In this document: positions 1 through 7,700 of the stretch, in pieces
Numbering within the stretch: the first letter of the stretch is position 1
How the letters are laid out: each line of letters opens with the position of its first letter
IMG/VR virus record: IMGVR_UViG_3300033180_000002
Span: 1-57,126 of that record
Strand: one strand, 5' to 3'
Length of the DNA stretch: 57,126 bases
From: a virus
Notes under the pieces: generated by a model
Seen by the model: the letters and a program-made list of their open reading frames with translations, nothing else
What the model was told of the DNA's origin: nothing
Databases searched by the model: none
Translations under genes and position numbers: made by a program

Positions 1-127
1 GGGCTTCGCCTTGATCTCCGTCAGCAGGCGGCGGGGGATGGGTTTGCCCTGGGAGCGCAAGTCGGCGATGCGCTTCACGCGCCGGGCGTTGGCCTTCTCG
101 ACCCGGGCCTCTTCGATCTGCTTGTAC
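1..127. repeat. Exact terminal direct repeat, copy 1 (identical to 57000..57126)
   Basis: Bases 1-127 (gggcttcgccttgatctccg...cttcgatctgcttgtac) recur verbatim as the last 127 bases. This implies a circular or terminally redundant unit of about 56,999 bp. Confidence 0.9.
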
Positions 128-378
128 GTACCGGGGGAGACGGCGTGCAGGGTGCCTTTCCAGCCCTTGCAGGGGCCGGGGTGCAGCGGGTGACGGCAGG
201 CGGTCAGGGAGCACGGCTCGTGGGCGTCTTCGTCCTGGGCGATCCACGCCTGGACGCTGGCAACGATGTGCGACAGGTCGCCAAGGCTCGGGGCATGGGC
301 GCTGGCCAGCAGGGCAACCGAGGCGATGGCGCTGGCCAGGTCGGGGACGGGCTTAACCAGGCTCCCGAGCGTCGTCAT
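1..378 (-). CDS. 5' end (N-terminal 126 codons) of the giant repeat/Nudix/ADP-ribosyltransferase protein; continues at 52275..57077 across the window junction
   Basis: Hand translation of the minus strand from ATG 378..376 gives MTTLGSLVKPVPDLASAIASVALLASAHAPSLGDLSHIVASVQAWIAQDEDAHEPCSLTACRHPLHPGPCKGWKGTLHAVSPGTYKQIEEARVEKANARR then VKRIADLRSQ. GC3 is very high, there is no stop, and it is in frame with the GTG (78..76) that the ORF track uses as the start in the second repeat copy. Confidence 0.8.
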   Translation of the reverse strand, partial: MTTLGSLVKPVPDLASAIASVALLASAHAPSLGDLSHIVASVQAWIAQDEDAHEPCSLTACRHPLHPGPCKGWKGTLHAVSPGTYKQIEEARVEKANARRVKRIADLRSQGKPIPRRLLTEIKAKP

Positions 379-385
379 GCCTCGA

Positions 386-568
386 TCATACGGGTTGTTT
401 TTGATCTTGATTGCGCGGCTCGGCGGGCCACGTGAGCCCGGTGTTCTCATCCTCGTGCACGTCGTGCTGGCCGAGGAGCGTGCACCTGATCCAGTACGGA
501 TCAAGCTGCTCGGGGGTGAAATGCCACCACGAGTGGGTCTCTTCCGCGCACTCGTGGTCGCCGTCCAT
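386..568 (-). CDS. hypothetical acidic protein (60 aa)
   Basis: ORF track entry. The sequence looks protein-like (MDGDHECAEETHSWWHFTPEQLDPYW...). It is tightly packed between neighbouring minus-strand genes. Confidence 0.55.
   Translation of the reverse strand: MDGDHECAEETHSWWHFTPEQLDPYWIRCTLLGQHDVHEDENTGLTWPAEPRNQDQKQPV
397..406 (-). repeat. AT-rich motif copy (GATCAAAAAC)
   Basis: Context CAAGATCAAAAACAA; within CDS 386..568. Confidence 0.8.
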
Positions 569-572
569 CCGC

Positions 573-728
573 TTACGTGCCCCGATTCCAGGGCGTCTCG
601 GGTACGCCGGTAGCCGCCTTGCTGACCGCCTTGCGCCGGGCCTTGACGACCTCCCGCAGCGTCAGCCGCTTCCGCTGCGTCTGCGGGGTGGTGCTGGGCG
701 CCCAGCCGGAGCCGTCGGTGTTGGTCAT
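573..728 (-). CDS. hypothetical small protein (51 aa, below the ORF-track cutoff)
   Basis: Hand translation gives MTNTDGSGWAPSTTPQTQRKRLTLREVVKARRKAVSKAATGVPETPWNRGT*, which is GC3-rich. It starts 11 nt after the MuF stop, and its TAA lies 4 nt before the next ATG. Confidence 0.45.
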   Translation of the reverse strand: MTNTDGSGWAPSTTPQTQRKRLTLREVVKARRKAVSKAATGVPETPWNRGT

Positions 729-739
729 GTCGGCGAGCT

Positions 740-2176
740 TCATGCCCTGCCCGCCTGCTTCAGGGTCTTGTTCTGCTGGGCGGTGCGCTGCGCGGCAGCC
801 TTGGCCGCCCTCTGCTTGCGGTAGGCGGCGGCGTCCTTCTTCGACATCTTCGCCACTTTGGCCTGTTCGCGGCGGCGGGCAAGGATGGCGTCGGCGCGCT
901 TGCCGAGGGAGTCCTTCTTCCGCTGCTCCGCCTTGGCGTGCCGCTCGGCGCGGCGGTCCAGCACGTCCTGCTGCTTGACGTCCTGAACGCCGGTTGCCTT
1001 GGCTTTGGCGTTGGTCCCGGCGGCCTGCTTCAGGGTTTGCTGGTGTGGGGCGAGGGCCTTCTTGTACCCGGCGATGGCGCGGCGGGCCATGGCGGCAAGC
1101 TTCGGGTTGGTGGCGTTCTGCGCGGCGACGGCCTGGGCTTGGGCGATGGCCTGGGACAGGCCGTTGACGGCGGTCTGCGCCACCTGGACGGGGTTGGCCT
1201 TGGTGGCGTCCTGCTGGCCAGGTTCAGTGTCGCCGCGCTTCTGGCCTTTGCACAGGCCCGGCTTGTGGGTCTGCATGCAGAACTGGCCGTCGGTGCAGGC
1301 GGACTGCATGAGGCTCATCCCGGCGGCGCGCAGAGCCAGGATCCCCCGGTCTTTGTACTGGCGGTTGCCCATCTTGGTGGGCTCGTTTTTGATCTCCAGC
1401 AGCTCGACGCACCGGCAGTTGATCACCTCGTGCGGCGGCCCGTCCGGGTCGTGCGGGTGCATCATCTGGAAGCCGCCGACGACGAAGGGCTGCGCGAACG
1501 GGACGGTCTGGCCGTCGGCTTCGACATGGTCCGGCCGGGTGCGGGAGTCTTCGGTGGCGAGCCAGCGTTTCACCCACTCGGTGCCGGGATCGTTCTCGAC
1601 GATCATGGCGAAGGCGTCATGTAGCCCACCGTTGTAGGCGCCGACGACTTCGGTGCGGGCGACGGTGCGGGCGCGGTTCTTCCAGGTGGGGATGCTGGTG
1701 TCGCCGAACATCTGTTCGACTTGGGCAGTCACGTCGGGGATAGTTGCGCCGTTGACTGTTGCTGAGTCAATGATCTGCGAGACGAGGCCGTACACCTCGG
1801 TCGGGACGGCTGACAGCCGGTTCTCCCGCTGAGCAATCCAGTTCCGCACGAACGGCCGGGACTCGAATACCGTGCCGTCGGCAAACAGGTCCCGGTACGG
1901 GGCGGCCAGCACCTCGCGGGCCACCTGCGCGGTGTACTGCGCGGTCAGTGCCGTCCACTTCGGAGTCTGCGAGAAGACCGTCAGCGGATCGGGCACCAGG
2001 CCGAGCCGGGCTACACCTCCGGCGAACATGGCCGTCTTCACGGCGGCCATCCACTCCAGCATCATCTCCAGGTAAGCCTCATACAGGGACGGCTCGTACT
2101 GGGCGAACACCTCGGCGGCGGCCTGCTTCTGCGCGGTCGCGCTAGGCAGGGTTGTCGGCTGAGTCACGCTCGACAC
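740..2176 (-). CDS. MuF-like (SPP1 gp7 family) minor capsid / head morphogenesis protein
   Basis: Carries Mu F-domain style motifs TVARTEVVGAYNGG, WLATEDSRTRPDHVEADGQ and VINCRCV. It follows the portal gene after three small ORFs. The GTG at 2167, with GAGGAG 8 nt upstream, may be the real start. Confidence 0.8.
   Translation of the reverse strand: MSSVTQPTTLPSATAQKQAAAEVFAQYEPSLYEAYLEMMLEWMAAVKTAMFAGGVARLGLVPDPLTVFSQTPKWTALTAQYTAQVAREVLAAPYRDLFADGTVFESRPFVRNWIAQRENRLSAVPTEVYGLVSQIIDSATVNGATIPDVTAQVEQMFGDTSIPTWKNRARTVARTEVVGAYNGGLHDAFAMIVENDPGTEWVKRWLATEDSRTRPDHVEADGQTVPFAQPFVVGGFQMMHPHDPDGPPHEVINCRCVELLEIKNEPTKMGNRQYKDRGILALRAAGMSLMQSACTDGQFCMQTHKPGLCKGQKRGDTEPGQQDATKANPVQVAQTAVNGLSQAIAQAQAVAAQNATNPKLAAMARRAIAGYKKALAPHQQTLKQAAGTNAKAKATGVQDVKQQDVLDRRAERHAKAEQRKKDSLGKRADAILARRREQAKVAKMSKKDAAAYRKQRAAKAAAQRTAQQNKTLKQAGRA
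1385..1394 (-). repeat. AT-rich motif copy (GATCAAAAAC)
   Basis: Context GAGATCAAAAACGA; within MuF in sense, read E-I-K-N. Confidence 0.8.
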
Positions 2177-2321
2177 CTCCTCGCAGATTCTTGATGCCCC
2201 AGATCAGTCCGGCGACCTCGTCCGGGGTCAGCGTGCATCCTTGGCCCAGCTCTTCCTTGGCCTTCAGCGCACCGAGGGCGGTTGCGAAGCCGGTCACCTT
2301 GCGCATCTGCTCGGGCGTCAC
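2142..2321 (-). CDS. hypothetical protein (59 aa)
   Basis: Only the C-terminal part of ORF 2142..2474 looks protein-like (VTPEQMRKVTGFATALGALKAKEELGQG...). The GTG at 2321 overlaps the preceding stop as GTGA. Confidence 0.4.
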   Translation of the reverse strand: MTPEQMRKVTGFATALGALKAKEELGQGCTLTPDEVAGLIWGIKNLRGGVERDSADNPA

Positions 2322-2557
2322 CTCGACCACCACGCGATGAGCATCAGCAATCCGCCATCGGCGGCGAGGGTGAGGGCCAGGGCGGTGATGACGGCGGGGA
2401 TTCCGTGGGTGTCCAGGCGGGCTTTTGTTACGCGCCGTGACCGGCGATGGGTGCCAGCCCGGGGATCCGGGCACCTGTACTGGCGAGTAACATCCTTTTG
2501 CCCGTTTCCGGTCACGCTGCGTGCAGGATAGCCGGGCACGTACGGCACCCTGGTCAT
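2318..2557 (-). CDS. small protein (79 aa) with a C-terminal hydrophobic helix
   Basis: In-frame ATG at 2557 inside ORF 2318..2683 gives MTRVPYVPGY...IPAVITALALTLAADGGLLMLIAWWSR. The region upstream of that ATG is Arg-rich junk. Confidence 0.35.
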   Translation of the reverse strand: MTRVPYVPGYPARSVTGNGQKDVTRQYRCPDPRAGTHRRSRRVTKARLDTHGIPAVITALALTLAADGGLLMLIAWWSR

Positions 2558-2564
2558 CGTCCCA

Positions 2565-2837
2565 TCACAGCTTCTTGTCGACTTCCGACTTCGGCACCAG
2601 GTCATGCGCGCCGACCTTCGACTTCGTTTTCCCATGCCCCCGGTCACGCCACTCGACAGTCGCCGACACCTTGCCGCCCTCATGGTGGATCGCCGTGACC
2701 TTGCCGACTGCCGGGCGGGCGGAGGGCGACCCGTCCGGAGCGTGCGCCACCTCGGCGCCTACATGCAGCCACTTCCCGAACGGGTCACGGGCCTGGCCCG
2801 GGTTGAAGCTGAAGGCGGCTTCGCGCAGCGTGGGCAT
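2565..2837 (-). CDS. hypothetical protein (90 aa)
   Basis: ORF track entry. It begins just downstream of the portal stop, and the composition is protein-like. Confidence 0.6.
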   Translation of the reverse strand: MPTLREAAFSFNPGQARDPFGKWLHVGAEVAHAPDGSPSARPAVGKVTAIHHEGGKVSATVEWRDRGHGKTKSKVGAHDLVPKSEVDKKL

Positions 2838-2857
2838 CTACATCTCCTCGTTTCTGA

Positions 2858-4822
2858 TCATGGCGCGAGGTCCCCTCGGGTGACGTGCAGGGTGGACTTC
2901 AGCAGCTCCGGGTCGTGCGCGACGCCCCGGGTCATCAGCTCTGTGCAGTAGCCGCCCAGCAGCTCCTCTAAGGCGTCGGCGTCCACACCCAGTGCGGGGG
3001 CCTGCTCGCGGACGTGCGACCACGCACCGGCCAGCAGGGCGGGCACGCGGGAGCGGTCTGGGATGACCTGGGTATGCAGCTCATGCTTCGGTACCGCATA
3101 CCGGGCACGGGCCGGACCGGCGACGAGGCGGCCACCGGCCAGCTCCAGGGCGCGGCGCACGGCGCTGTCGGCGGCGTAGAACAGGGCGGAGCCGTCCAGG
3201 GTGCCGATGGACGCGGCGAGCTGCCCCAGCTTCTGCTTCTTCGGTGCCCCGACGTTGCCCTGCTCGGCGTCGGCGACGGACGGGAACTGCGGCAGGCCGC
3301 GCTGCCCGGCGTCGGCCGGTTCCGTACCAGCCGAGTCGTATCCGGGGTCGCCGGGCATCAGGTCACCCTGGCCAGGGAGCTGCGGCGGCGTGGGCGGGGC
3401 GGGCATGGAGATGTGCGGCAGCCCGAGGATCTTCTGTACCTCGGGGTCGCCCGCGTAGGCGGGCTGGGCCAGTACGAGGGCCTTGACCAGGCTGTACCGC
3501 AGCTCCTTGTCGTCGGGGGCGTCGTCGTCGGTGAAGGCGGCGTTGTCGCGGGCTGCCTTCGCGCTGATCAGCTCCTTCTCGGCGAACTGGAGTGCCTGGT
3601 CGGAGCGGTTGGGGCGGACGGTGAGGGCGGCGATGTCGAACCAGAGGGTCTTCTTCTCCGGGTTCTGGACGCCTGCGGCTTTGAGGGCGGGCTGGAAGTA
3701 GCCGAGGTTGAGGGCGTCGGCGAGCTGGATGAGTAGCGGCTCGATGTGGATCTTGATCGAGGACTCTTCGATCTGCCACGACGACCAGTGATTGCTGCCG
3801 CCCATGCCGGTCAGCACCTCGGGCGGGATGTCCAGCGACATCGCCATGCGCTCGACGGCGTCCTTACGCATCTGGGAGATGTGCTCCGAGATGGTCGAAT
3901 CGAACGTCAAGTGTTTGATCTTGTCCAGGGCCTCAGTGGCTACCTGGAGGATGATCGGCACCACGGCGGCGGCGTTGTCTCGCTGCTGCATCGACGTGGC
4001 CATGGTCCGCTGCAACAGCTCCGCGAAGCCCTCCACGCCCGTGCGCTGCGGCACCCCCGGCGTCTCCTGTGGCGGGCGCGGAAAGTCGATGTTGTCGGGC
4101 AGCAGCAGGATCCCGGCACCGGCAAGGCGGGAATCCAGCTCGGCGAACACCCGCTTTGTGCACTGCTCCAGCTCGCGCAGCACCGGCAGGATGGCCCGCA
4201 CGGTGGAGTCGGCCGCGTCGTGGCGGCGGGGGTGCGGGTTCCACACCCGGATCAGCAGATCCTTCTGCGGGTCCAGCTTGTAATTGCCCCCGCCGTGGGT
4301 GATGGACCGGCGGACCATGATGTCGTCGCCGCGCCGGAACACCTCCGACGACGAGCAGACATACCACTTGTCCTGGTCCGGGGTGCCGTCCTGACCGGTG
4401 TTCCGATACCCCTCGGCGACGATGAAGACATCCCCGGCGGTCATCATGTTGATGCCCATCAGGCGCTGGGCCTGGGCTTTCGCGGCGGGAGTGCCGAACA
4501 TGGTCTCGGCGATCATCTTCGCCTGGGCGTCGGCGGTCTCGTCGCCCACAGTGCCGTCGTCGGCGATGTCGGCCGCGTACATGCGGCAGCGGGAGATGGC
4601 GTTACCGATCCAGTTGACGACGAAGCGCATCTCCCCGCAGATGTCGTAGTGGCGCCACGCCTCCCACTGCCAGCGGTGGTCGCCCAGCTTGAACATCTGC
4701 CAGCTCGCGGCATCGCCGAGGTTGATGGGTACGGCGGCGGCGGTGAGGGCTGAAGGCCGCGTGCCGGGGCCGTCCAGCCCCCCGGCGGGGACCAGCTTCG
4801 GCTTCTTGGTCAACAGCCCCAC
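2858..4822 (-). CDS. portal protein
   Basis: 654 aa. The N-terminal pattern WQWEAWRHYDICGEMRFVVNWIGNAISRCRMY is typical of actinophage portals. It lies between the terminase region and MuF. Confidence 0.85.
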   Translation of the reverse strand: MGLLTKKPKLVPAGGLDGPGTRPSALTAAAVPINLGDAASWQMFKLGDHRWQWEAWRHYDICGEMRFVVNWIGNAISRCRMYAADIADDGTVGDETADAQAKMIAETMFGTPAAKAQAQRLMGINMMTAGDVFIVAEGYRNTGQDGTPDQDKWYVCSSSEVFRRGDDIMVRRSITHGGGNYKLDPQKDLLIRVWNPHPRRHDAADSTVRAILPVLRELEQCTKRVFAELDSRLAGAGILLLPDNIDFPRPPQETPGVPQRTGVEGFAELLQRTMATSMQQRDNAAAVVPIILQVATEALDKIKHLTFDSTISEHISQMRKDAVERMAMSLDIPPEVLTGMGGSNHWSSWQIEESSIKIHIEPLLIQLADALNLGYFQPALKAAGVQNPEKKTLWFDIAALTVRPNRSDQALQFAEKELISAKAARDNAAFTDDDAPDDKELRYSLVKALVLAQPAYAGDPEVQKILGLPHISMPAPPTPPQLPGQGDLMPGDPGYDSAGTEPADAGQRGLPQFPSVADAEQGNVGAPKKQKLGQLAASIGTLDGSALFYAADSAVRRALELAGGRLVAGPARARYAVPKHELHTQVIPDRSRVPALLAGAWSHVREQAPALGVDADALEELLGGYCTELMTRGVAHDPELLKSTLHVTRGDLAP

Positions 4823-4826
4823 TCAG

Positions 4827-5135
4827 TCACCCCTTCACGCGAGCCAGCGCACCGGCAGCGCCAGACAGGGCCAGCCCGAGGGCGGGCACGAACAGCCACG
4901 GCGAATCGCCGTAAGCGTAGATGATGGGGGCGGCGGGGACGGCCAGCCAGATGGACACGCACCAGGGACACAAGAGCAGGTAGGCGAGCATGTCGTGACC
5001 GCGTTCCTTGAGCGCGGTCACGGTGGCGTCGCGGGGGCGGGCCGTGATCATGTCCATCGTGATGAGCACGGTGAGGCGGGCGAACGCGAACAGGTAGACC
5101 GCGTATAAAACAGAGAAGCCGGGCATGGCCACCAT
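4827..5135 (-). CDS. DUF1360-like integral membrane protein
   Basis: 102 aa with three hydrophobic segments. It carries the LLLCPWCVSIW motif characteristic of DUF1360. Confidence 0.55.
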   Translation of the reverse strand: MVAMPGFSVLYAVYLFAFARLTVLITMDMITARPRDATVTALKERGHDMLAYLLLCPWCVSIWLAVPAAPIIYAYGDSPWLFVPALGLALSGAAGALARVKG

Positions 5136-5173
5136 CGTAGGTGGTCAGCCCGGCTTCGCCGGTAAGCGGTGGG

Positions 5174-5734
5174 TCAGCCCAGCAACTCTTCGATTGCTGC
5201 CGCGTACGTCTCCTGGTCGAAGATGACCAGGCGGACGACCTCCACGTCCGTGCTCGCGGAGCGCAGCGCCGTCAGGGCCTGCTTGACCGCGTCACCCTTG
5301 GGCCAGCCGTAGACACCGGCCGAGATGAGCGGGAAGGCGACCGTGCGCGCACCTACGACGTCGGCGGCGGACAGCGACCTGACGTAGCAGCTACGTAGCA
5401 CAGCCGAGCGGTCCTCGCGCGGGTTGAACATGGGGCCGACGGTGTGGACCACCCATCGTGCGGGGAGGGCGCCTGCGGTGGTGATCACGGCGTACCCGGC
5501 GGGGAGGCCGTTGGGCAGGTCGCGGCGCAGCTCCTTGCATTCCCGCAGGATGGCCGGGCCGCCCGCGTGGTGGATCGCCCCGTCCACTCCGCCGCCGCCG
5601 AGCAGGCTGGACTTAGCGGCGTTGACGATGACGTCGACCTTCTCGGTGGTGATGTCGCCCTGCACCAGCTCTATCCGCAGGGCCGGGCGGCGCCAGTTGC
5701 GCAGGCGTCGGGCAATCTTGCCGAATCCGAACAT
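5174..5734 (-). CDS. macrodomain protein (MacroD/YmdB-like ADP-ribose binding or hydrolase)
   Basis: Contains LVQGDITTEKVDVIVNAAKSSLLGGGGVDGAIHHAGGPAILRECK, the classic macro-domain signature. The ATG at 5734 overlaps the upstream stop (TGATG), whereas the ORF track start is 5752. Confidence 0.8.
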   Translation of the reverse strand: MFGFGKIARRLRNWRRPALRIELVQGDITTEKVDVIVNAAKSSLLGGGGVDGAIHHAGGPAILRECKELRRDLPNGLPAGYAVITTAGALPARWVVHTVGPMFNPREDRSAVLRSCYVRSLSAADVVGARTVAFPLISAGVYGWPKGDAVKQALTALRSASTDVEVVRLVIFDQETYAAAIEELLG

Positions 5735-5982
5735 CAGAACTTCACGGTCCATTCGCTGTCGGGGATGCTGGTGTCGGCGGCCATGATCTGAGCCAGCATG
5801 AGGGCAATTTCGCCGACCGGACGGCCGCTCATTATGGGGCCGAATGTGCGGGCCATTCCGACGGCGTCTCTACGGCTGAAGCCGTGCCAGCCGATCCGGC
5901 CGGTCGGGTCCTCAACGATGACGGAGTAAGTGGGCCGCCCGTACCAGGTGCGGCCTCGGCGGATGACGGTGATGGTCGGCAT
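5734..5982 (-). CDS. hypothetical protein (82 aa)
   Basis: The real part of the 403-aa ORF 5734..6945 is MPTITVIRRGRTWYGRPTYSVIVEDPTGRIGWHGF.... GAGGGAGG lies 6 nt upstream of the ATG at 5982. Confidence 0.6.
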   Translation of the reverse strand: MPTITVIRRGRTWYGRPTYSVIVEDPTGRIGWHGFSRRDAVGMARTFGPIMSGRPVGEIALMLAQIMAADTSIPDSEWTVKF

Positions 5983-5993
5983 CAGGGCCTCCC

Positions 5994-6140
5994 TCACTTG
6001 CTGAAGTTGTCGAGGCGGCGGGTGACGGCTGCCTTCGCGGTCTTGCTCTGCTCGGAGGCGTTCAGCCTGTTCAGATCCTGATACTTGCGGGTGAGGCGGC
6101 GGACTTTCAGGGCTTGCGCGGCGGCGGTGATGGGGTTCAT
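5994..6140 (-). CDS. hypothetical small protein (48 aa)
   Basis: Hand translation gives MNPITAAAQALKVRRLTRKYQDLNRLNASEQSKTAKAAVTRRLDNFSK*. GAGGAGG lies upstream of the ATG at 6140. Confidence 0.5.
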   Translation of the reverse strand: MNPITAAAQALKVRRLTRKYQDLNRLNASEQSKTAKAAVTRRLDNFSK

Positions 6141-6157
6141 GGCGTCCTCCTCGGTTG

Positions 6158-6199
6158 CTGTCTACGCACAGCCTACAGCCCCCCTGCCCATCAGGGCAA
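6158..6199 (-). promoter_or_regulatory. putative promoter (TTGCCC-N18-TAGGCT) with the conserved GTGCGTAGACAG leader box
   Basis: The minus strand reads TTGCCCtgatgggcaggggggctgTAGGCTGTGCGTAGACAGc. The 3' part matches the 22-mer shared by the plus-strand promoters at 19011 and 47467. Confidence 0.4.
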
Positions 6200-6248
6200 G
6201 AGGGCTGTAGCTTCCGGCGAACCGCCGGATCTGAGGGGATCACCCCGT

Positions 6249-6980
6249 CTAGTTGGCCACGGCCACATTGTCGGCGGCAGTGACCGTGGCCTCGTCGATG
6301 GGATCGGCGTTGGCGAGCTCGTACCCGGTGCGGCCGTTGTCCCAACGCCAGCCCGCCACGCGCTGCGCCGACATCTCGTCGAACGCCTCCACGGTCGTGC
6401 GCATGTCGGCCGCCACGGGGCGCGTGATCACGAACCTCTTGAGCGGCGGGATGGGGGCGAGCCCGTACGAGGCGAGCACCCGGTTGGCGCCCTGCTCGCA
6501 GTACTTGGGTCCGGCGATGTGCCCGAGCAGGATGATCTCGCGGAGCATGTCCAGGGTGGCCTGCATGGTGGCCGGGGCGTCCAGGTCGATCACGTTCGGG
6601 TCGGGGTCTTCCGGTCCGGCCGTGAACTTCGGGTCGTTCAAGGTGGCCTGCACGGACACCATCGTCTGCACGCCAGTGCTCACGCGGTCCTCGAACAGGG
6701 TCAGGGCCTCGGCGCGGGTTGCGGCCTGGATCCCGACCGACACCGTGCCGGAGACGGTGGCCTCCACGACGTACGTGCTGGTGAAGCCGATCAGGTTGGT
6801 GATGCCCAGCACGGTGAGTTTCTTGTTCGCCCACTCGGCGGTGATCTCCCCCGCGTTGCGCCAGTCCCGGGCCGTTGCGGCGATGTACTCGCGCAGGGCC
6901 AGCAGCTTGGTCGCCTCGTCCCGGTCCGCGTTGTTGGCCTCCCACTCGGTCCAGACAAGGGCCGGGTCTGCGTACTGCAT
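6249..6980 (-). CDS. hypothetical protein (243 aa)
   Basis: The ATG at 6980 (MQYADPALVWTEW...) is preceded by GGAGGAG. The upstream part of ORF 6249..7106 runs into a tRNA-like gene. Confidence 0.6.
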   Translation of the reverse strand: MQYADPALVWTEWEANNADRDEATKLLALREYIAATARDWRNAGEITAEWANKKLTVLGITNLIGFTSTYVVEATVSGTVSVGIQAATRAEALTLFEDRVSTGVQTMVSVQATLNDPKFTAGPEDPDPNVIDLDAPATMQATLDMLREIILLGHIAGPKYCEQGANRVLASYGLAPIPPLKRFVITRPVAADMRTTVEAFDEMSAQRVAGWRWDNGRTGYELANADPIDEATVTAADNVAVAN

Positions 6981-7058
6981 GTGATCTCCTCCAACGTGGT
7001 ATCTGTCGGCCCTCAGCTTACACGGTGCGCCGGGGGGCCGTCCAGCCGGAACGGACGG

Positions 7059-7146
7059 TGGCGAGGGCAGGATTTGAACCTGCGTCCCAGACCCCGATAG
7101 CCGCACTATCCGGGGTCCGTGCTCTAGGCCGCTGAGCTATCTCGCC
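7059..7146 (-). ncRNA. tRNA-like RNA (88 nt) with a 12-bp anticodon stem; apical loop GUGCGGC (would read anticodon GCG)
   Basis: Hand fold: GGCGAGA TA GCTC AGCGGCCTA GAGC A CGGACCCCGGATA GTGCGGC TATCGGGGTCTG GGAC GCAGG TTCAAAT CCTGC CCTCGCC A. The acceptor, D and T arms are canonical. The anticodon stem is about 7 bp too long and has one bulged G. Confidence 0.65.
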
Positions 7147-7279
7147 TGGAACCCTGCCGTGGAGGTACGCATTCGGACACCACCACAACGCCCGTGAGCC
7201 ACGATGGACCGCGTTCTGCGCCCAGCGCACGACAGGGTCAACAACATCCCCGGGGCGTAAGCCAGGGCGCCGGGGATCG

Positions 7280-7323
7280 TGGACCGGCGGGGAGTCGAAC
7301 CCCGTGATACCCAACTCCGGCCC
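7280..7323 (-). ncRNA. acceptor/T-arm minihelix (tRNA 3'-fragment-like) with a G3:U70 wobble
   Basis: Hand fold: GGGCCGG AGTTGGGTATCA CGGGG TTCGACT CCCCG CCGGTCC A. No D or anticodon arm could be found. It shares the 3' end CCGGTCCA with the element at 9138..9203. Confidence 0.3.
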
Positions 7324-7332
7324 GACCTTCAT

Positions 7333-7342
7333 GATCGAAAAC
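7333..7342 (+). repeat. AT-rich motif copy (GATCGAAAAC)
   Basis: Context CATGATCGAAAACGC; non-coding, 10 nt from the minihelix at 7280..7323. Confidence 0.8.
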
Positions 7343-7351
7343 GCCACGCTG

Positions 7352-7696
7352 TTATGTGCTGGCCTGCGGCCCCTGGACCTCGTCGACCAGCGGGGTGCCC
7401 GTGTCGGCGTGCTCCCGGTAGTTGTCGAGCAGATCGTCGAGGGCATACCAGACGCCCGTACGGCTGCCGTCGGACTCGCGGAACGAATCACGCCACCGCT
7501 TGATCCAGACGTCGATATCGCTGCCGCGCATTGGCCTGTGGGGCTCCACCAACGGCTGCGGCAGGGCGGGCGGGCGCCACCCCATGGTGAGAAGCGCCCG
7601 AATCGCAGCAAGAGCCTGAGAGTCGTCGAGTCCGGGGCGGATGGCCCGGACCTTCGTCGCGGCGATGCGTAGGGCTAAGTCGTCCATACCCCGCAC
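7352..7696 (-). CDS. hypothetical protein (114 aa) embedded in the tRNA-like array
   Basis: ORF track entry. The sequence looks protein-like (...VWYALDDLLDNYREHADTGTPLVDE...). An alternative ATG lies at 7687. Confidence 0.55.
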   Translation of the reverse strand: MRGMDDLALRIAATKVRAIRPGLDDSQALAAIRALLTMGWRPPALPQPLVEPHRPMRGSDIDVWIKRWRDSFRESDGSRTGVWYALDDLLDNYREHADTGTPLVDEVQGPQAST

Positions 7697-7700
7697 CCTT

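Noticed and set aside
397-406. The A-rich motif core as a -1 ribosomal frameshift slippery site (A AAA AAC).
   Set aside because: Most copies read GATCGAAAAC, which is not an X XXY YYZ heptamer. The motif also occurs on non-coding strands, and no downstream alternative frames are apparent.
5983-6945. The upstream 320 codons of the 403-aa minus-strand ORF 5734..6945.
   Set aside because: The composition is Arg/Gly/His/Pro-rich junk. The ORF overlaps two better-supported genes in other frames (5994..6140 and 6249..6980), and only its last 82 codons look real.
7280-7351. An attP site (a tRNA 3' fragment marking an integration site).
   Set aside because: No integrase or excision module was found anywhere in the window, and a second element (9138..9203) ends with the same CCGGTCCA. 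I cannot exclude it without host genome comparison.
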